NCBI GenBank assembly: GCA_051294375.1
Contig: CM119266.1
Coordinates: 12,700,081-12,764,080, forward strand
Reading direction: 5' to 3'
Origin: Paraspadella gotoi
Lineage: Eukaryota > Animalia > Chaetognatha
Length of the DNA stretch: 64,000 nt
This document shows positions 1 to 13,812 of the stretch, piece by piece. The notes beneath the pieces were generated by a model. It was not told the DNA's origin, did not search any database, and saw nothing but the letters and a program-made list of their open reading frames with translations. Position 1 is the first letter of the stretch. Each line of letters opens with the position of its first letter. Both the position numbers and the translations under genes were made by a program.

Positions 1-111
1 CATGGCCCCCCAAGGGTGCTTCCTCTTCCGAGGATTGATCTCCGGTAATTAATGCGTCCAATTGAGCCCAACGTGGCGAGTCACCAGCCTTGTATATAAA
101 TGGCCCTACTG

Positions 112-151
<40 letters not shown>

Positions 152-638
152 GGACATGTTGTTTACAAACATTTTCTCTTGGAAGTTAACAAACTGTTGC
201 TTTATCTTTGTATTAAAATGGCGTAACCCCATCATCGTCTTCATATTTCTATTTCAAAATGTCCCTTGCAAAAATGTTTTTTTTTTTTTTTAATTTTATT
301 CAACGTGCGTGTGAATCCAACTTATCACTTAATCGCTCGAGTCAATGTTTTCTCTCATTTAATTATAGTCGCTTAAATGTTTCTACATAATCGTCATCGT
401 TATCATCGTCGATGATAAACTCGACTCAATAATCTGTTTTCCTTGGAAAGAGAATAGGATTTCAGTCTAGACGATAAAAGTCAATTCTTAATTCACGATT
501 ATTATCATCTAAAACATCTATAACAACAATTTAATCGATGAACGCGCAACTTTTGTTTATGAAGACGATAATAACGGTTGTGAACTATATGACGCTTTCC
601 CTACCCATGACTGCATCATTCCCAACGAAATTCCTCAC

Positions 639-1531
639 CCAAAGTGAGCGGGAAAAGTGGCGTACTCCTGGCGCAGGTAATTTGGCAAGGGAGGTTGCTG
701 CCGCTGCTGCAAATGTAGCTTCTGCTGCTGCAATTGCAACTGTTGACGAAACTGGTTCTGCTGCTGCTTCCTGACAGAGCCGACCCTCTTGGCCTCCCTT
801 GTCCAGACGTCGTCGTCGTTGCCGCCGTCGACGTGGGCGGCGGCGGCTGCTGCTGCGGCGGCCGAGGCCGCGGCTGCGGCGGCGCGGAGAATTCGGTTCT
901 CTTTGTCCTCCCGGTTCCGCGGACGAACCTCTCGAGACTCGACGCCCGAACCGACGCCGATGAAAGCCGTCTCGGCGGCGCCGGCCTCTCTTCCGGCTTC
1001 AAAATTATGCGACGCTAAAGATGAGGCGCCGGTGACGCCGGATTTTGACGCCGCAGCGACGCGACCGTTCCGAGAACCTGTCGTCGGCCGCGCGGAGGAA
1101 TTCGAAGACGCCGATTCGGTTGTGACGGCGACGGCGGCGGCGCTGACGCTTTTGTTCGACGCGTTGAGCTTCGGTGCCGCGAAGGTCGCTCGGGCCGATG
1201 ACGACGACGACGACGATGACGACGACGACGACGAAATGGGGTCGCTCTTTGAGGGTCGCTTGGAGTGAGGTCTGTGCTGTTGTTGCTGTTGCTGCTGTAG
1301 CGGTTGGAACTGTTGTTGCTGCTGGTAAATTTCCCCGGGATGAAACAGCAGGTGTTGCATGGAATCCTGCTGCTGCTTGATCTTCAGCTGAGCCGCTGCC
1401 GACGCTTGGAGACGCTGCTGCAGTTTCCTTTCAGACTTGGCCAGTTGCTGTTGCTGTTGCTGTTGAGGCTGGGGGGGTTGTTGTAGATGTTGACGTTTGG
1501 TTCTTTCGATTTTGGCGGATATATTTGGGGC
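639..1531 (-). CDS. Probable internal exon of an unidentified gene; low-complexity Q/A/S-rich protein segment
   Basis: 893-nt stop-free frame (ORF 635-1537) bounded by acceptor tttttctttgaag| at 1532-33 and donor |gtgag at 638-637; GC-rich versus AT-rich flanks. No recognisable domain, and I could not join it in phase to the next candidate exon (1-88). Confidence 0.45.
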
Positions 1532-1691
1532 CTTCAAAGAAAAAATGATGGGAATAGTTTAATTAAGAGCTAAATGATATTAATTATATAGGATGTACAT
1601 AAACACTGTTTGCAGTTTGACTGAAGTTTTTAGGAATTGGCAACCCTATCTCCCAAGCGATGCCTTATAAATTACGTAATGATAAGTGATT

Positions 1692-1736
1692 GAGAGAGAG
1701 AGAGAGAGAGAGAAGAGGAGAGCAGAGAGAGAGAGA

Positions 1737-1791
<55 letters not shown>
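1692..1791. repeat. (AG)n microsatellite
   Basis: Directly visible; one of many AG/CT tracts (also ~6100-6195, 6750-7140, 13212-13297, 16010-16100, 19940-20020, 21022-21095, 26543-26618, 30760-30842, 43417-43458). Confidence 0.95.
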
Positions 1792-1795
<4 letters not shown>

Positions 1796-3051
1796 ATGAA
1801 CTCAATGATGCAAACTAAACACAACAAGCTTTCGGATAAACCTTCTTCCTCTTACAGTGAAACGTTGCCACAGTTAAAAACAGTAAGCGGATTACAAATT
1901 TGCATTCAGATCTAACGCTTCCTTTCTTCCAGTTTACACTTGAGAGAAAGTTAGATTTTCGCCGATAATTTATTCAACGAGAGCTTTTGTGAGTATCATC
2001 GAGGGTAATACACGTCAAATTTTATTATTCAAATTTATGAATGGGGAGAGAATAGTATATTTAACCCGAATTCCCATCAAAAGGACTTCTTCCTCTGCCA
2101 AAGTCAGTAAAAATGTAAACCGGAAAAAGCGAGACACAAAAAAACAAACCGGTTCTTAATAAACTTAATTTTGAAAGTTGTTAATAAATTCCTTCCTTTG
2201 AGACAAAGTTGTGGTTTTTGTCTTTCTTAAACTGGCAAATCCGTGTTCTCTTTTAACATATACATACACTTTGTGTCCCTTAAAAACTGTCGGGACTTAC
2301 ATAATCTTCATCAGTCTTATCTCCCGAAAAAATTCTTAGTGAAAGAAGACTATGTAACGGTGAAAACAAAAATATCTCTCGGCCAACTTTTTTTTTTATA
2401 AAGTTAATTATATTTACAATTTTATTAATTGATAAGAATTTCGAAGACGATTCGTAATTAATATGACTTTTTTTTGGCGAAGACGAAACGAGACACGAAA
2501 AATATGAAAAAAAAAAAATGTTGACGTCGAATTCGCGAAGAGACGCGATATTCGAGTCACGATTGAGAAGGCGACATCTTCGATCACGGCGACTGCGATG
2601 ACGACGAAGACGACGACGATGATGACGACAAAGACGACGGTGATGATGACGAAGACGATGATGATGACGACGAAGACGACAGTAAAGACAACGACGACGA
2701 CAATAACGACGATGAGGAACGCCGTCGACGACGTATTCGATCTGACGCGGGAAGAAAGAGGATGTGCGGAAAAATGCGACGAAGCGCCATCTTCGACGCG
2801 CGCTGCCCGGCAGAACCAACGCTGCACCTCCTTGCTCACCGACTGCGAGATTGGCGAAGGAGAAAGATCAAGAGAAGGGCATCTGGGATAAGGAGGCGAA
2901 GCCGAAGGGAGAGTAGCAGGCGGAGGGGGGATGAGGGGGGCGGAGGGGATGAGGGGGGGGGGTTCCGGGGAGTGCGCGAGGGTCGAAAGAACAAAGCGAA
3001 GTTAAATGAAGGAATATAATGAAGTCGGCGAAACGACCGTGATTAAACGAG

Positions 3052-3770
3052 GGCAAAGAGAAGGGCAGGACGAATGGCAAGAGAAGGGCAGGACGGATGA
3101 GCAAAGAGAAGGAGGAACGGATGGCAAATGGGGAGAAGGGCAGGAGACGGATGCAAAAGAGAAGAGGCAGGACGATGCAAAGAGAAGGCAGAATCGGGAT
3201 GTAAGAAGAAAGGCAGGACGGATGGCAAGGAGAAAGGCAGCGAGCCGAATTGGCAAAGAGAAGGGCAGGACCGAAATGGCAAAGGGATAAAGGCAGGACG
3301 AATGGCGAAAGGAGGAAGCGGCAGGACGGATGGCAAAGAAAGGCAGGACCGAATGGCAAAGCAGAAGGCGCGAAGGAACGGATGGGAAAAGAGAAAGGGC
3401 AGGACAAATGGCAAAAGAGTAAGGGCAGGACGAATGAGCAGAAGAGAAAGGTGCAGGAAACCGAATGGCAAGAGAAGGGCCGGACGGATGCGCAAAAGAG
3501 AAAGCCAGGACGATGGCAAAGAGAATGGCCAGGACGGATGGTAAAGAGAAAGGCAGGACGGATGGCAAAGAGAAAGGCAGGACGAATGGCAAAGAGAAGG
3601 GCAGGAACGAATGGCAAAGGGAAAGGGCCAGGACGGATGGCATAAAGAGAAAGGCTAAGGACGTAATGGCAAAGAGAAGTGGCAGGGACGGATGAGCAAA
3701 GAGAAAGGCAGGACGTGAATGCGCAAAGAGAAGGGCCGGACGAATGGCAAAGAAAGGCAGGACGGATGGC
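3052..3770. repeat. 24-bp minisatellite, consensus GGCAAAGAGAA(A/G)GGCAGGACG(G/A)AT, roughly 30 degenerate copies
   Basis: Tandem units visible by eye, with many small indels. Confidence 0.9.
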
Positions 3771-4295
3771 GGATGGTTGTCTGCAGCCGAGATGAAGGAA
3801 TTTGCGGTGGTGAAGACGTTGGCGTCGGCGTTGAAGTCGACGTTAGATTTGGCCTCGTTGTGAGAAAAAGGAAAGACGATGATTCTAAGAGTGAGAGTGA
3901 CGAGGGCGGTGAAACCGAAGTGTTAGCGGTGTTAGCGCTGGATAATGGCGTCGATTAGAGTGATAGCGACGGCGGCGGCGCGGCGGCGGCGACGCGGGGG
4001 CGGCGACGGGGATGGCGGCGGGTGGCGTCGGACTCGACAAGTCCTTCCGCGCGGAAATTTCTCTTTTTTTCGCGTCGGTGACTTTGAGTGAAAAACGAAA
4101 AAAACTACGACGACGATGACGACGAAAACGACGATGACGACGACGACGATCAAAGCGACGCTTGACAGAGACGCGAGTCGGAAAAACTTCCCATTCAAAC
4201 AAACAAAACCAAAAAGAAAAAAAAAATTTCAGCGCAAAAAAAATTTTTTTTACATTTTTTTAAAAAAAGATTATTCTAAGAACGACTGGGGCGTT

Positions 4296-4364
4296 GACGC
4301 GTAGTCACGTGACGTCGACGCATAGTCACGTGTCATTTCTAACGCTACTGATGAAACCGGAAGT
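4296..4364. promoter_or_regulatory. Promoter-like module: tandem E-boxes (GTCACGTGAC 4304-4313, GTCACGTGTC 4325-4334) plus ETS site CCGGAAGT (4357-4364)
   Basis: Perfect CLEAR/USF-type palindrome repeated at 21-bp spacing next to an ETS consensus in a CpG-rich island; function inferred. Confidence 0.5.
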
Positions 4365-4452
4365 CAAACAGTTTTTCAACGAGGCGATGGTCGAACGATG
4401 AACGCGACGACGTCAAGAACGTCCTTGAGACGGAATGTGATCGGTGAAAGTG

Positions 4453-4484
<32 letters not shown>

Positions 4485-6100
4485 CGACGACGAGACAACA
4501 AAGACAGAGAACAGAAAAGAAAATACACGAAATAAAAATTTCTCTTTGTTTCGGATTTTTTCATCTTTGGCTTAGCAATAGAAGAAGCGAAACGAAGGTC
4601 TCCCAAAAAGTTGTTCTCTCATCCCAGTTTTTATTTCTTCCTTTTTTTCATCTCGTGTTTTCCTTTTTTCCGAGGAAGCAGTATATATAAAAACAGTTTT
4701 TCATGCATGATCCTTTCTTTTTATTTTTGGTTTGCACTGTTGAACTTTCGCTGTCTCTCTCTCTCTCTTATTTTTTTTTTCTCTGGGATTTATTTTCATT
4801 TACGAAAAAATAAAAATTTCTTCCGACTAGTCGGGACACGAACTCTCTCGGCCGCCGACGGAACCAGCTGGAGATCCTCGGCTCCGAGCCTCGTTTTCGA
4901 GACAAACAAAAGACCATCGTCTCGAAGCGGGAAGAAAGTGCAAAGTGAACGGGGGAGAAAGAGGTGAATCAATGAAAATGACGAGAAATGGCGCTGGGCG
5001 AAATCCCGCGCCATAAAAAAAAAAAAAAAACCCGCGCGCCATAAAATTGGGAATAAGAATAAAAAAGGTTCCAGACGGATTAAGGTAAATAAGGAAAGTG
5101 TAATTAGTGATGAACGATGAACGACCATAAAAAGAAAGGAATGGATTCGGGAAGAGGCGCGTCCCTATGATAGAGACAAATCCATTTCGCCATTAATGGA
5201 CAAATGATGAAGTTTGAGTCTCTCATGAACAAACAAACCGGATTCTCATGAGAGGAAAGGAGAGGAGATAAGGCGAGATGGAGGGGGGGCGGAAAAGGAG
5301 GAAGGGATGGGGAGGAAAGGAAAGGGAAAATACGGGAGGAGAGGGAGGAAAGGGAGGGGAGAAAAGGAAAAGGAAAGACATGAAAGAAAAAGGAAAGAAT
5401 GGTAAAGAGGAGATGGGGAAGAGATGGTAGATTACGGGAAGAGATGGGACGAGACGGTGGAAAGCGATGGAAGAAGAGAGAAAAGAGTTTTGGACGGGAT
5501 TTCGAAAAAAAGAAAGAAATGTTAGAAAATTGAATAAAATGAAGAAAGAAAAGGTAAAGATTCGACTGGAGATGTTTTCATAATAAAATGAAATTGAGCC
5601 GCGACGGATTTTTCTGAGAATAATTTTTTTTTCGTCAAGAAATAAAATTAAAACGCGGACCTTGTTTGTTTGTTTGTTTGTTTGTTTGTTTGTTTGTGCC
5701 GAACAATTTCGTTCCACTATATATAACATGAAGTTTTTATTTTGTTTTTGTTTTCGTTTTTTTGTTTTTTTTTTTGGTTCATTTGTTTTTGTTACTTTTT
5801 ATCTCTTTGTTAAAAAAAACTTAAGACTTTAGCGAGTTTAGCTAAAACTTGACCAAAGCCGAGAAAGAAATATAATGTATGTACGATTTATTTTTAAGAA
5901 GGAACTCAGAGGTATGATTAAATTCTAGTAAAAATACGGAAAAGCCGGGGAAAAGATGTGGAGCTCAGGCAATAAAAGCATTTAAAAAGAGGAGGGAAAA
6001 ATGCAGGCATAGAAGCAAGGGAGAAGCAGAAAAAGCAACGGTGGGAGAAAAACGAGCAAAAAACAGAGATTGAGCTCGGAGATGTTTAGAGAGAGACTGA

Positions 6101-6161
<61 letters not shown>

Positions 6162-7802
6162 AGAGAGAAGAGAAGAGAGAGAGAGAAGAGAGAGAATCGG
6201 CGACGCTCTGTAAAGGGCAAGATGATTTCTTTTTTTTTTGCTTTATCTTCTCTGAAGAGAAAAACTCGAAACATCTGACGTCACGTGAAAAAAAAGAAAC
6301 ACATGATCTCACAACTGTCGTCCCTCAGTGCTGTATACGGAGTGTAATGCAGGAAAAAGCGTTTTAACTAGTATTTTGTCGATACACGAGTAAGAGAGCC
6401 AAGTCTTGAAAAACGATCGCTCGCCCCAGAAAACTGAAAAAAAGAGTAAAAAGAAAAGAGAAAGAAATTAACGATGAATCCCCAAAAATATATGACTCGG
6501 AAAGACGTAGAAGCTTACGGGGAGAAAGGAGGGAGAGAAGAAGGAGGAGGGAGAAGAGGAGGAAGAGGAGAGAGAGGAGGAGAGAGAGCTAAAAAAAATA
6601 TATCAGAGACACGAGATAATTAGGATTGATCATTTTTGTCGTAAAGAACTGAAAGGCTAAACTTGATTACCAACATCTCTTTCTCTCTGTTCTTTGTTTC
6701 TTGTTCCTTTCTTCTCTCTACCCGCTTTTCCTGTTTATCAGTGCTGCTGGGAAGAGAGAGAGAGAGGGAGAGAGAGAGAATGAGAGGAGAGAGAGAGAGA
6801 GAGACGAGAGAAGAGGAGAGTAGAATGAGAATAGAAGTAAAACAACCCAAGGAAACGACAGGAAAAAAGAAACAAACAAAATAAGAAGAGAGAGAGAAGA
6901 GAGAAGAGGACGAAAGAGAGAAGAGAGAGAAGAGAGAGAGAGAGAGAAGAAAGAGAGAGAGGAGAGAGAGAGAGAGAGGAGGATGAATAAAAAAATCGAG
7001 GAATACGATTGGATAAGAATCTGAATCTTAAGATTCTCGCGTGAGAAACAGGGAGAGAGAGAAGACGAGAGAGAGAGAGACGAGAGAGAGGAGACGAGAG
7101 AGAGACGAGAGAGAGAGATAGAGAGAAGAGAGAGAAGAGAAGACATCGAAAAAAAAAAGAGATATAAAAGAAACAGAAAGAAAAAAGAAATTAAAAAATG
7201 AGACCCCCGAGAAATAAAAATAAAAAAGTATTGGGCCGAAAACGATGGACTCTGGCGAGCGAGAGGAAAGTTAAGGAAAAAACTGTGTACTACAATCTTT
7301 AGGAATCTAAAACAAGATTTGCAAAAGAATGGAATAAGAGGAGCTGAGTCGTCGTATAGCCTTAGAGATCGAGGGAAGACATTTTTCATGGAGAATTTCG
7401 TTTCACAATCCTGATACCAAACATATAAATCGCCCCTTGAGGAAAAAATTCCGCGTAAAAAATTAGATGTCAAAAACAACACTAATTCCAGATCTGTTTG
7501 CATCTGAGGGCTCGCATTTTTTTCTCTTGGTTCAAATAAACTATCATTTTGACATTCAAAGCTCAGTCTAGATTCAAATGAACTGGTCTCGCTCGGGAAC
7601 AATATTTTTTGACGCAAAGTTTACCTAGTATAAAATAAAGGATCTTCTCATACCTCAATACAGGGTTTAAGCATTGTAACAATATGTCGTGATCTTTACA
7701 ATAAACTTCGAATTCAGGAAACCCGATAGCCACTATGTCTAAAGGGCTTCTCAAAATTTGTACTTACATTTTATTTGGTTATGTTTAATTGTGATTACGA
7801 TC

Positions 7803-10800
7803 ATATTAGTAATTTGTCATAGCCTCAAGCACTAGAATTTCCCTGACTCCAGACGCCCATGTTGATAACGGTGATGTAGTGTAGAGGTCTTAAAACCTTC
7901 AGTAACAATAATAAAATAACAAACATATTTTCTCATAGTTCATTTGTCAATAACATTACTTTAGTAGGCATTCTATCCGGGCGAGTGTGTAAAATTATTT
8001 AATCTTCTGCCGCAGCGTTTTGAATCCTGGCGGTTTCAAAACTCAGTATCAACCTTTTCTAAATCCTTGCGAACGACTAAGCCAAAATCATTGTTTACGT
8101 TACGACGCCAGATTTCACGCGCGCGAACGACCTCTCTTACACTCCCCCTGTACGTACACGCGACACTAATACAATAGAGAGGTCGTCCGCACCGCTGCTC
8201 TTCGTCCTGTGGCAGTAAAGGCCTGTCTGCAAATTTGTCCAACTCAGCATGCAAACCGCAGTTCTTTATGCTCCCCCATGAGTTTCGGCTCGCTTTGACG
8301 ACCCCTTTGAAGTAAGCTGACGGTCTTCCTTGGCATCTCTCTTTGAAACCCCAGCCCAACTTCAGTTGGGCTCCAAAATTTTGATGAGGCGCCAAACCTC
8401 CCCCCGTCGGCATCGCCAGAGCGGCCACCGTACTCACGCGCGCGATCTGCCGTTTTGTCATGGCTCCCAGCGCGTCTCCTTGACCCCTGTCTTGGACGAT
8501 TTTTGTGGAACAGCCGGATCGTCTCCTGATGACGCCCTGCTTAATTTGCCGCTCCCCCCGTAGCGTTCCATGGGGCCCCGGATTTTCGATGGTCTTCTTC
8601 CTTTGCGTCGATCATCTCTGTCTGGGTGGGTTACTTCGTGGCATGCGAGGTTCACAGAAAGAGTTGAGGGTGCTAGTTTGGGAAACTCGATCACCATGGA
8701 AAGTTCTTTCTTGGAATTTACCTCCCCCCCTCTTGTTTCAACAAGATTAATTCAATTTGTTTAGTTAATATCACGCTGTTATCAGAGTACGATCAATTTA
8801 ATAAAATTTGTCTCAACTTGCTCACTCAGTTTCACGTTCTTTTTCAAAACTTGTTCAAGCCTCATTCAACTTTCTATAACTTCCGTCTTTAAAACTGTGT
8901 GTTGAGATTTCAGTGAGTTTATTGCTGGCACAAACGAGATACAACAAATCTAAATACGAGGCGCCCATCTATCTTCTCAGTTGCTTTCTCTCATTTTTTA
9001 CTTACTTTATAAAGTTGAAAAGGTAAACCTGGTCCACAAAACTTATAATAAAAATGTTGATTTGTTTAGACGAACAACTCTCACTGTTCGTCGCATCAGT
9101 CGTTCTCTCCTGCAGCCAAAGAAAGACCTTTACTTTTCCTCTCATAGTCTACTCAACTTCATGTCTACATGGCATACACATCCAAGCCTCTTTGAATTTG
9201 TCGTTAATTTTAAAACGAATTCCAGAGTTTTCCTTTCACTTCAGAACTTATTTTCTCTCACACCCTTATCCCTTGAATGTGAGGTCGTCAAACAAAATTT
9301 TAGTTTTCTACCTCCAATCTTTGTGTCAGCTGCTCCAAGCAGTAAGGTTAAAGGATTCACTTCTTCCTTCCTCGTCTTTTTTCTTTCTTAGACGAGTCGA
9401 TCATAATCGATATGCTCAAATATTTTATCATCATTGCAAGTTCTCTAAGATTGTGAGACCAAGTACCAGATTTGATGTAAAACTTTTTTTTCTTTTTTTT
9501 CATTTTTTCAATATTTTCATGAAGACTGATCTTGTAGCCCAGCGCAATGTCATTAATCATTGACTTTCGAATCATTTAAACTCGTCATTCTTTCTCTTCA
9601 TATCTACAAGTAGAGGCGAATTAAACTGTAAGCTGAAAGAGGTATCGTGATACTAAAGTTAGGATCCAAAACCGTAGTGTCATAAACCGTAATCTTATAC
9701 ATTTCCATCTTTATGATTCCTTATTTCATACGAGGATTCTATAGAAATAATTACAATGAAAGCAGCGTGGGTGGAGCTCCCCGCACGCTCTTCATGTGAA
9801 ATGACCTTAGTAATCTGACACAACAGGAACTTGTCCCTGAGATTGCAGTAGCTACGCAAAGGCTTCAACACTCACAGGCTTTGAAGTTAGCTCAAAAGGG
9901 ATGAATTTGCAAAAAAATTTCTCCTCCCACACAAATGATAGCAGCGCCCAGCAATTGGCCCAGCAATTCGGCGCTTCAACGAATGGGCATTTCACGCATT
10001 TCTCCACAACGTTTCCCGATTACAGGCGGATGGCTGAGGCCAGGGTCCGATTGAATCTCTCCTCAGTTCTCCTTGACAGTTTCTTTCCACAACTTTCACA
10101 ACTTTTTCCGCATCTTTTACCGCAACTTCCTTTCGCAGACTCTTTCCGCAACCTTCTTCCACAAACTTTTTCCCTCATCCTTTTCCGCAACTTCATTTGA
10201 TAACTTCGTTGGCAGCAACTGCTTTCATCAGCAGCATCTTTTCAGAAAATTTCTTCAGCAGCACTTCTTTAGCAGCAGCTTCTTTAGCGTACATCTCGTA
10301 CAGCAGCACTTTCTAATCGAGATTCCACTGCAGCCGTCGTTTAGCAGCAGTCTTCTTTAGGTCAGCAACATCTTCTGCAGACGCATCGTTGACAGGCTTC
10401 TCACGCAACCAGCCCTCAGCTTCTTTTATCAGGTTCTTCATGCAGCGGCGGTGTGTAATCGGGATTGGCCGCACCGATTCGTTTTCGGCAGAGGTTCTTT
10501 TTTGAATCATTGGCGGTCGGGCGATCCTTCATCTGCGTCGTCCACTCGCATATGGACTGCCTTCGATTTGAGAACACCTTCATACATCCGCCTTCCAATC
10601 TGTCTCGCACCTTAGTTTAGTTAGCCTCTCCTCTCTGCTCTCTCCTTTCTTTCATTGTCCATCCAACGTCGCACTCTAACTCCATTCTCTCTGCCTTCCT
10701 CCACCTTCATTATCTCTTTCTTCCAGTTTCCCGTTTCGAATTCTTCTCAACTTTTGTTGGAGCTTATCCTCTTTTATGCCACCCTTCGTTTATGCTCTCG

Positions 10801-11626
10801 TCCATTCTCGATATTCTATATCGTTCGTTCTTTCCTCTCTCTATCGCTATACACTCTTTCTCTGCCATTTCTAGTCCTTGACCAACCTTTGGCGAATCAT
10901 CTCGCAAAACGATGTGAGAGACGTCGTTACCTATTCTAGCTTTTGAGACGGTAACGCTGACTCCAAGTAGGTGGAAGACTCCTTCTGGATCGCGGGCTTT
11001 TTGCGAGGCGAGGCAGGCAGTCATCCGGCGATGTTGCCATCCAATGGCTCGAGTTGCCCTCTTAATTCGACGTTGTTCTCGGCGAGCGGCCTCGAGACCC
11101 GTCCCTTATTGGTAGGCTCCCTCTTTTGACTCTCATCACTCGCGATCAAGGTAGTATGCTATCTGCCGCTCTGGCTGCTGCTGCTTCGGGCTGCATTTAG
11201 GTTTAGTTTAGATTTAACTTGTTGAATTTAGAATATAGTTTAGTTTATTTTAATCCCCCGGATTATTGAATTATAAGTTTTAATATTTAGTATTGTTCAT
11301 AGCCCTCAGCACTAGAATTTCCCTGACTCCAGAACGTGCCCATGTATGATAACGGTGATGTAGGTAGAGTTAAAAACCTCATGAGTAAACAATAATAACA
11401 TAACAAACATATTTCTCTATAGTTCATTCAATAATCACTTTAGTAGAGCATTCTCCGGCGGGACGTGATGGAAAAATATTAATCTTCTGCCGCAGCGGTC
11501 TTGTTATCCTGGCGCGTTCAAACTCAAAGTATCAACCTTTCTAAATCCTTGACGAACGCTAAGCAAAAATCGATTGTTTTACGTTAGCGAGCTAGATTTT
11601 CACGCGCGCTACGATCTCTCTTAACA
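7803..11626 (-). mobile_element. LTR-retrotransposon-like element (~3.8 kb) with ~340-bp direct terminal repeats; no pol recognised
   Basis: 7803-8141 and 11283-11626 are clear direct repeats (e.g. gcactagaatttccctgactccaga; aatcttctgccgcagcg). On the minus strand each begins TGT(T)AAGAGAG, and a polypurine tract AGGGGGAG (8149-8142) abuts the left copy. PBS and TSD not clearly seen. Confidence 0.7.
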
Positions 11627-12154
11627 ATTCATTGGTAAAATGAATTAGTTCCATTTTGGTGAATATTTTATATTTAAAGTAAAAGAAGAGTCAGATTCGG
11701 GAAAATCTTCTATGGCGAAAAATCTTCCAAAGGAATGGTGTGAATTTTCCGAATGATTTTTGGAAATATTTTCTATATTTATTATGATCGGATTTTTTGA
11801 AACTTAACAATAGCAATATTGCCATCATTCTACTTTGGCCGGTATAAAAGAATATATTAAAAAAACATGAGGCTTTTTTTCGACAGAGCTTAGTCTAGTG
11901 AAATCAAGAAAATCAACAGAAGTCCGACATCTCGTTGAGTCTTTTGTTGCTCTTAAATCGACCAGTTTTTGGCGTCACAATTGGTCTGTGATGAGAGAAG
12001 AAATGTCTGTCAGAATAATTTTTTTTGCCGAGAAATCGTTGTTGAGTCTAAAGTGTCTATTTAACCCTTTCCAGAACTCACTCATCTTCAGCTAACGTAC
12101 TTAAAACGAGTGTCACCATTGCCTATTTCTTATCCAAAGCTTAAAAGCATGAAG

Positions 12155-12431
12155 TTTATTAGTTGCGCCGCGAGGAACTCGCGGCAGCAACTCTTTTTTG
12201 GTCGGGTCCGGTTGGTCCGTCGGTATGTTTGTCTATCGGTCTGTCTCACTTACGTTAAAAACGCTTATAAACTTGCCTATAGTTTGTTGCTTCATTTGTT
12301 AAAAAATCACATCTAAGCGAAACTTGACTGTCGCGGCCGCCTTATAAACTATAAGGAATGAAATTGAATGATATGATAAGTAATAAAAAAAGTAATGCGG
12401 CGCAACATCTTAGAATAACCGTTCCTTGTTT
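12155..12431 (+). mobile_element. Helentron-associated (HINE/DINE-1-like) short non-autonomous element
   Basis: T-rich start; 5' hairpin gttgcgccgcgag-gaa-ctcgcggcagcaac; GTCC/GTCT-type microsatellite; subterminal inverted repeat gttgcgccgc (12162-71) / gcggcgcaac (12397-406); ends ...cttgttt. Confidence 0.55.
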
Positions 12432-13248
12432 CATTTATTTAACGCTTGCCTTAATTTTAATCCTGTATAGACAGTAACAATTTAATATTTTTTAAATTGT
12501 TAACCATTTCGGTAAAAAAAAGCCGTCTCTTAAAAAAAGAACATAACCTGAAGACCACAGACCCCGACCCTAAGTACGAGACGTTTTTGACCTACTTTTT
12601 AGTTTTTGAATTCGGTTATTTTTTGAGATGTTTTTTTTTTTTTTCTTAACTAATTGTTACGGGCATTCAGAAAATTAATCCCATTTTTCGGTAAAATTGC
12701 GCTCGTGCTCAAAAACTGAGACAAGACTTTGGACAGGGAATCAAAAGATGGCGCCACTTTAGATTTGAAGAAACGTTACTGGGAAATTTGATTTTATCGG
12801 TGGTCGTCAATGAGCGCCGCGCCCGATTGAAGTTTGAGTACGAAACTCGGGAAGTTTTAGAAAATAGGAACCATGCAAAATTATGTTGGAATATGTATCA
12901 CTACGATAAAAATAACGCGAGTCGAAGAAAAACGGAGATGCCGATTTTCACAAAAATGAAGATGTGGAGCTCGTGAAAGTTTACGACGGCGTTATCGGTG
13001 GCGGTTATGATAATAGATGATAATTTGGCCGAAAACAAAAAAAAAGAGAAGAAAAAAAAAAGAAAATTCGCGGATGGGTTTTAACCTTTTCTCCCTTGAA
13101 TAAATTTGGCGCCTCCGATTAGAATTGAGGAAAAACAGAAAAGTTAGATTCCGCAGGTGACTCTTTAGATTCTCTTTATTGTTTGATGAGGCAAAAAAGA
13201 ACCTTTTTTTGCTCTCTCTCTCTCTCGTCTCGTCTCTCTCTCTCTCTC

Positions 13249-13301
<53 letters not shown>

Positions 13302-13775
13302 TTATGTTTCTCTCTCTTTTTCTCTTTCTCTCTCTCTACCCACTTCAGTATCTCAGTATCCAGTATTGGATTTTATATTTATTAATGTAGTTTTTTTTTT
13401 GTTAAACAATCAAATAATGATTTTTTTTTCTCAAAAAATAAAGAAGAGTGAATCTTTTGCTTTTTAAATTGAGGTTAACATAGGATCGAGTATCGACGCA
13501 GATCAATTTTTTAAAAATTGCTGAAAAGGTAGATTTAACAACGCGACGGCCGCGACACTGACAGAGACAGAGACAGAGACAGCTGCAGCGATCCCAAAAA
13601 AAATCAGCTGAATCGAGATAAGGAAAGAAGACTAAAAGGAGAATAAGAGCGAAAAGGGGAAAAAATAAAAAAAATTGAATAGATAAAAAAAAGAAGAAAG
13701 AAAGGAAAAAGAAGTTATAAAGAAAGAAGAGGAAAGTAAAAAATAAAGAAAGAAGGAATGAAAAAAGAAAAAAAA

Positions 13776-13812
<37 letters not shown>

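Noticed and set aside
5953-12972. Shared 14-mer aagatgtggagctc at 5953 and 12959, plus weak similarity between 7272 and 20162
   Set aside because: Too short to define an element or motif by eye; probably old repeat remnants.
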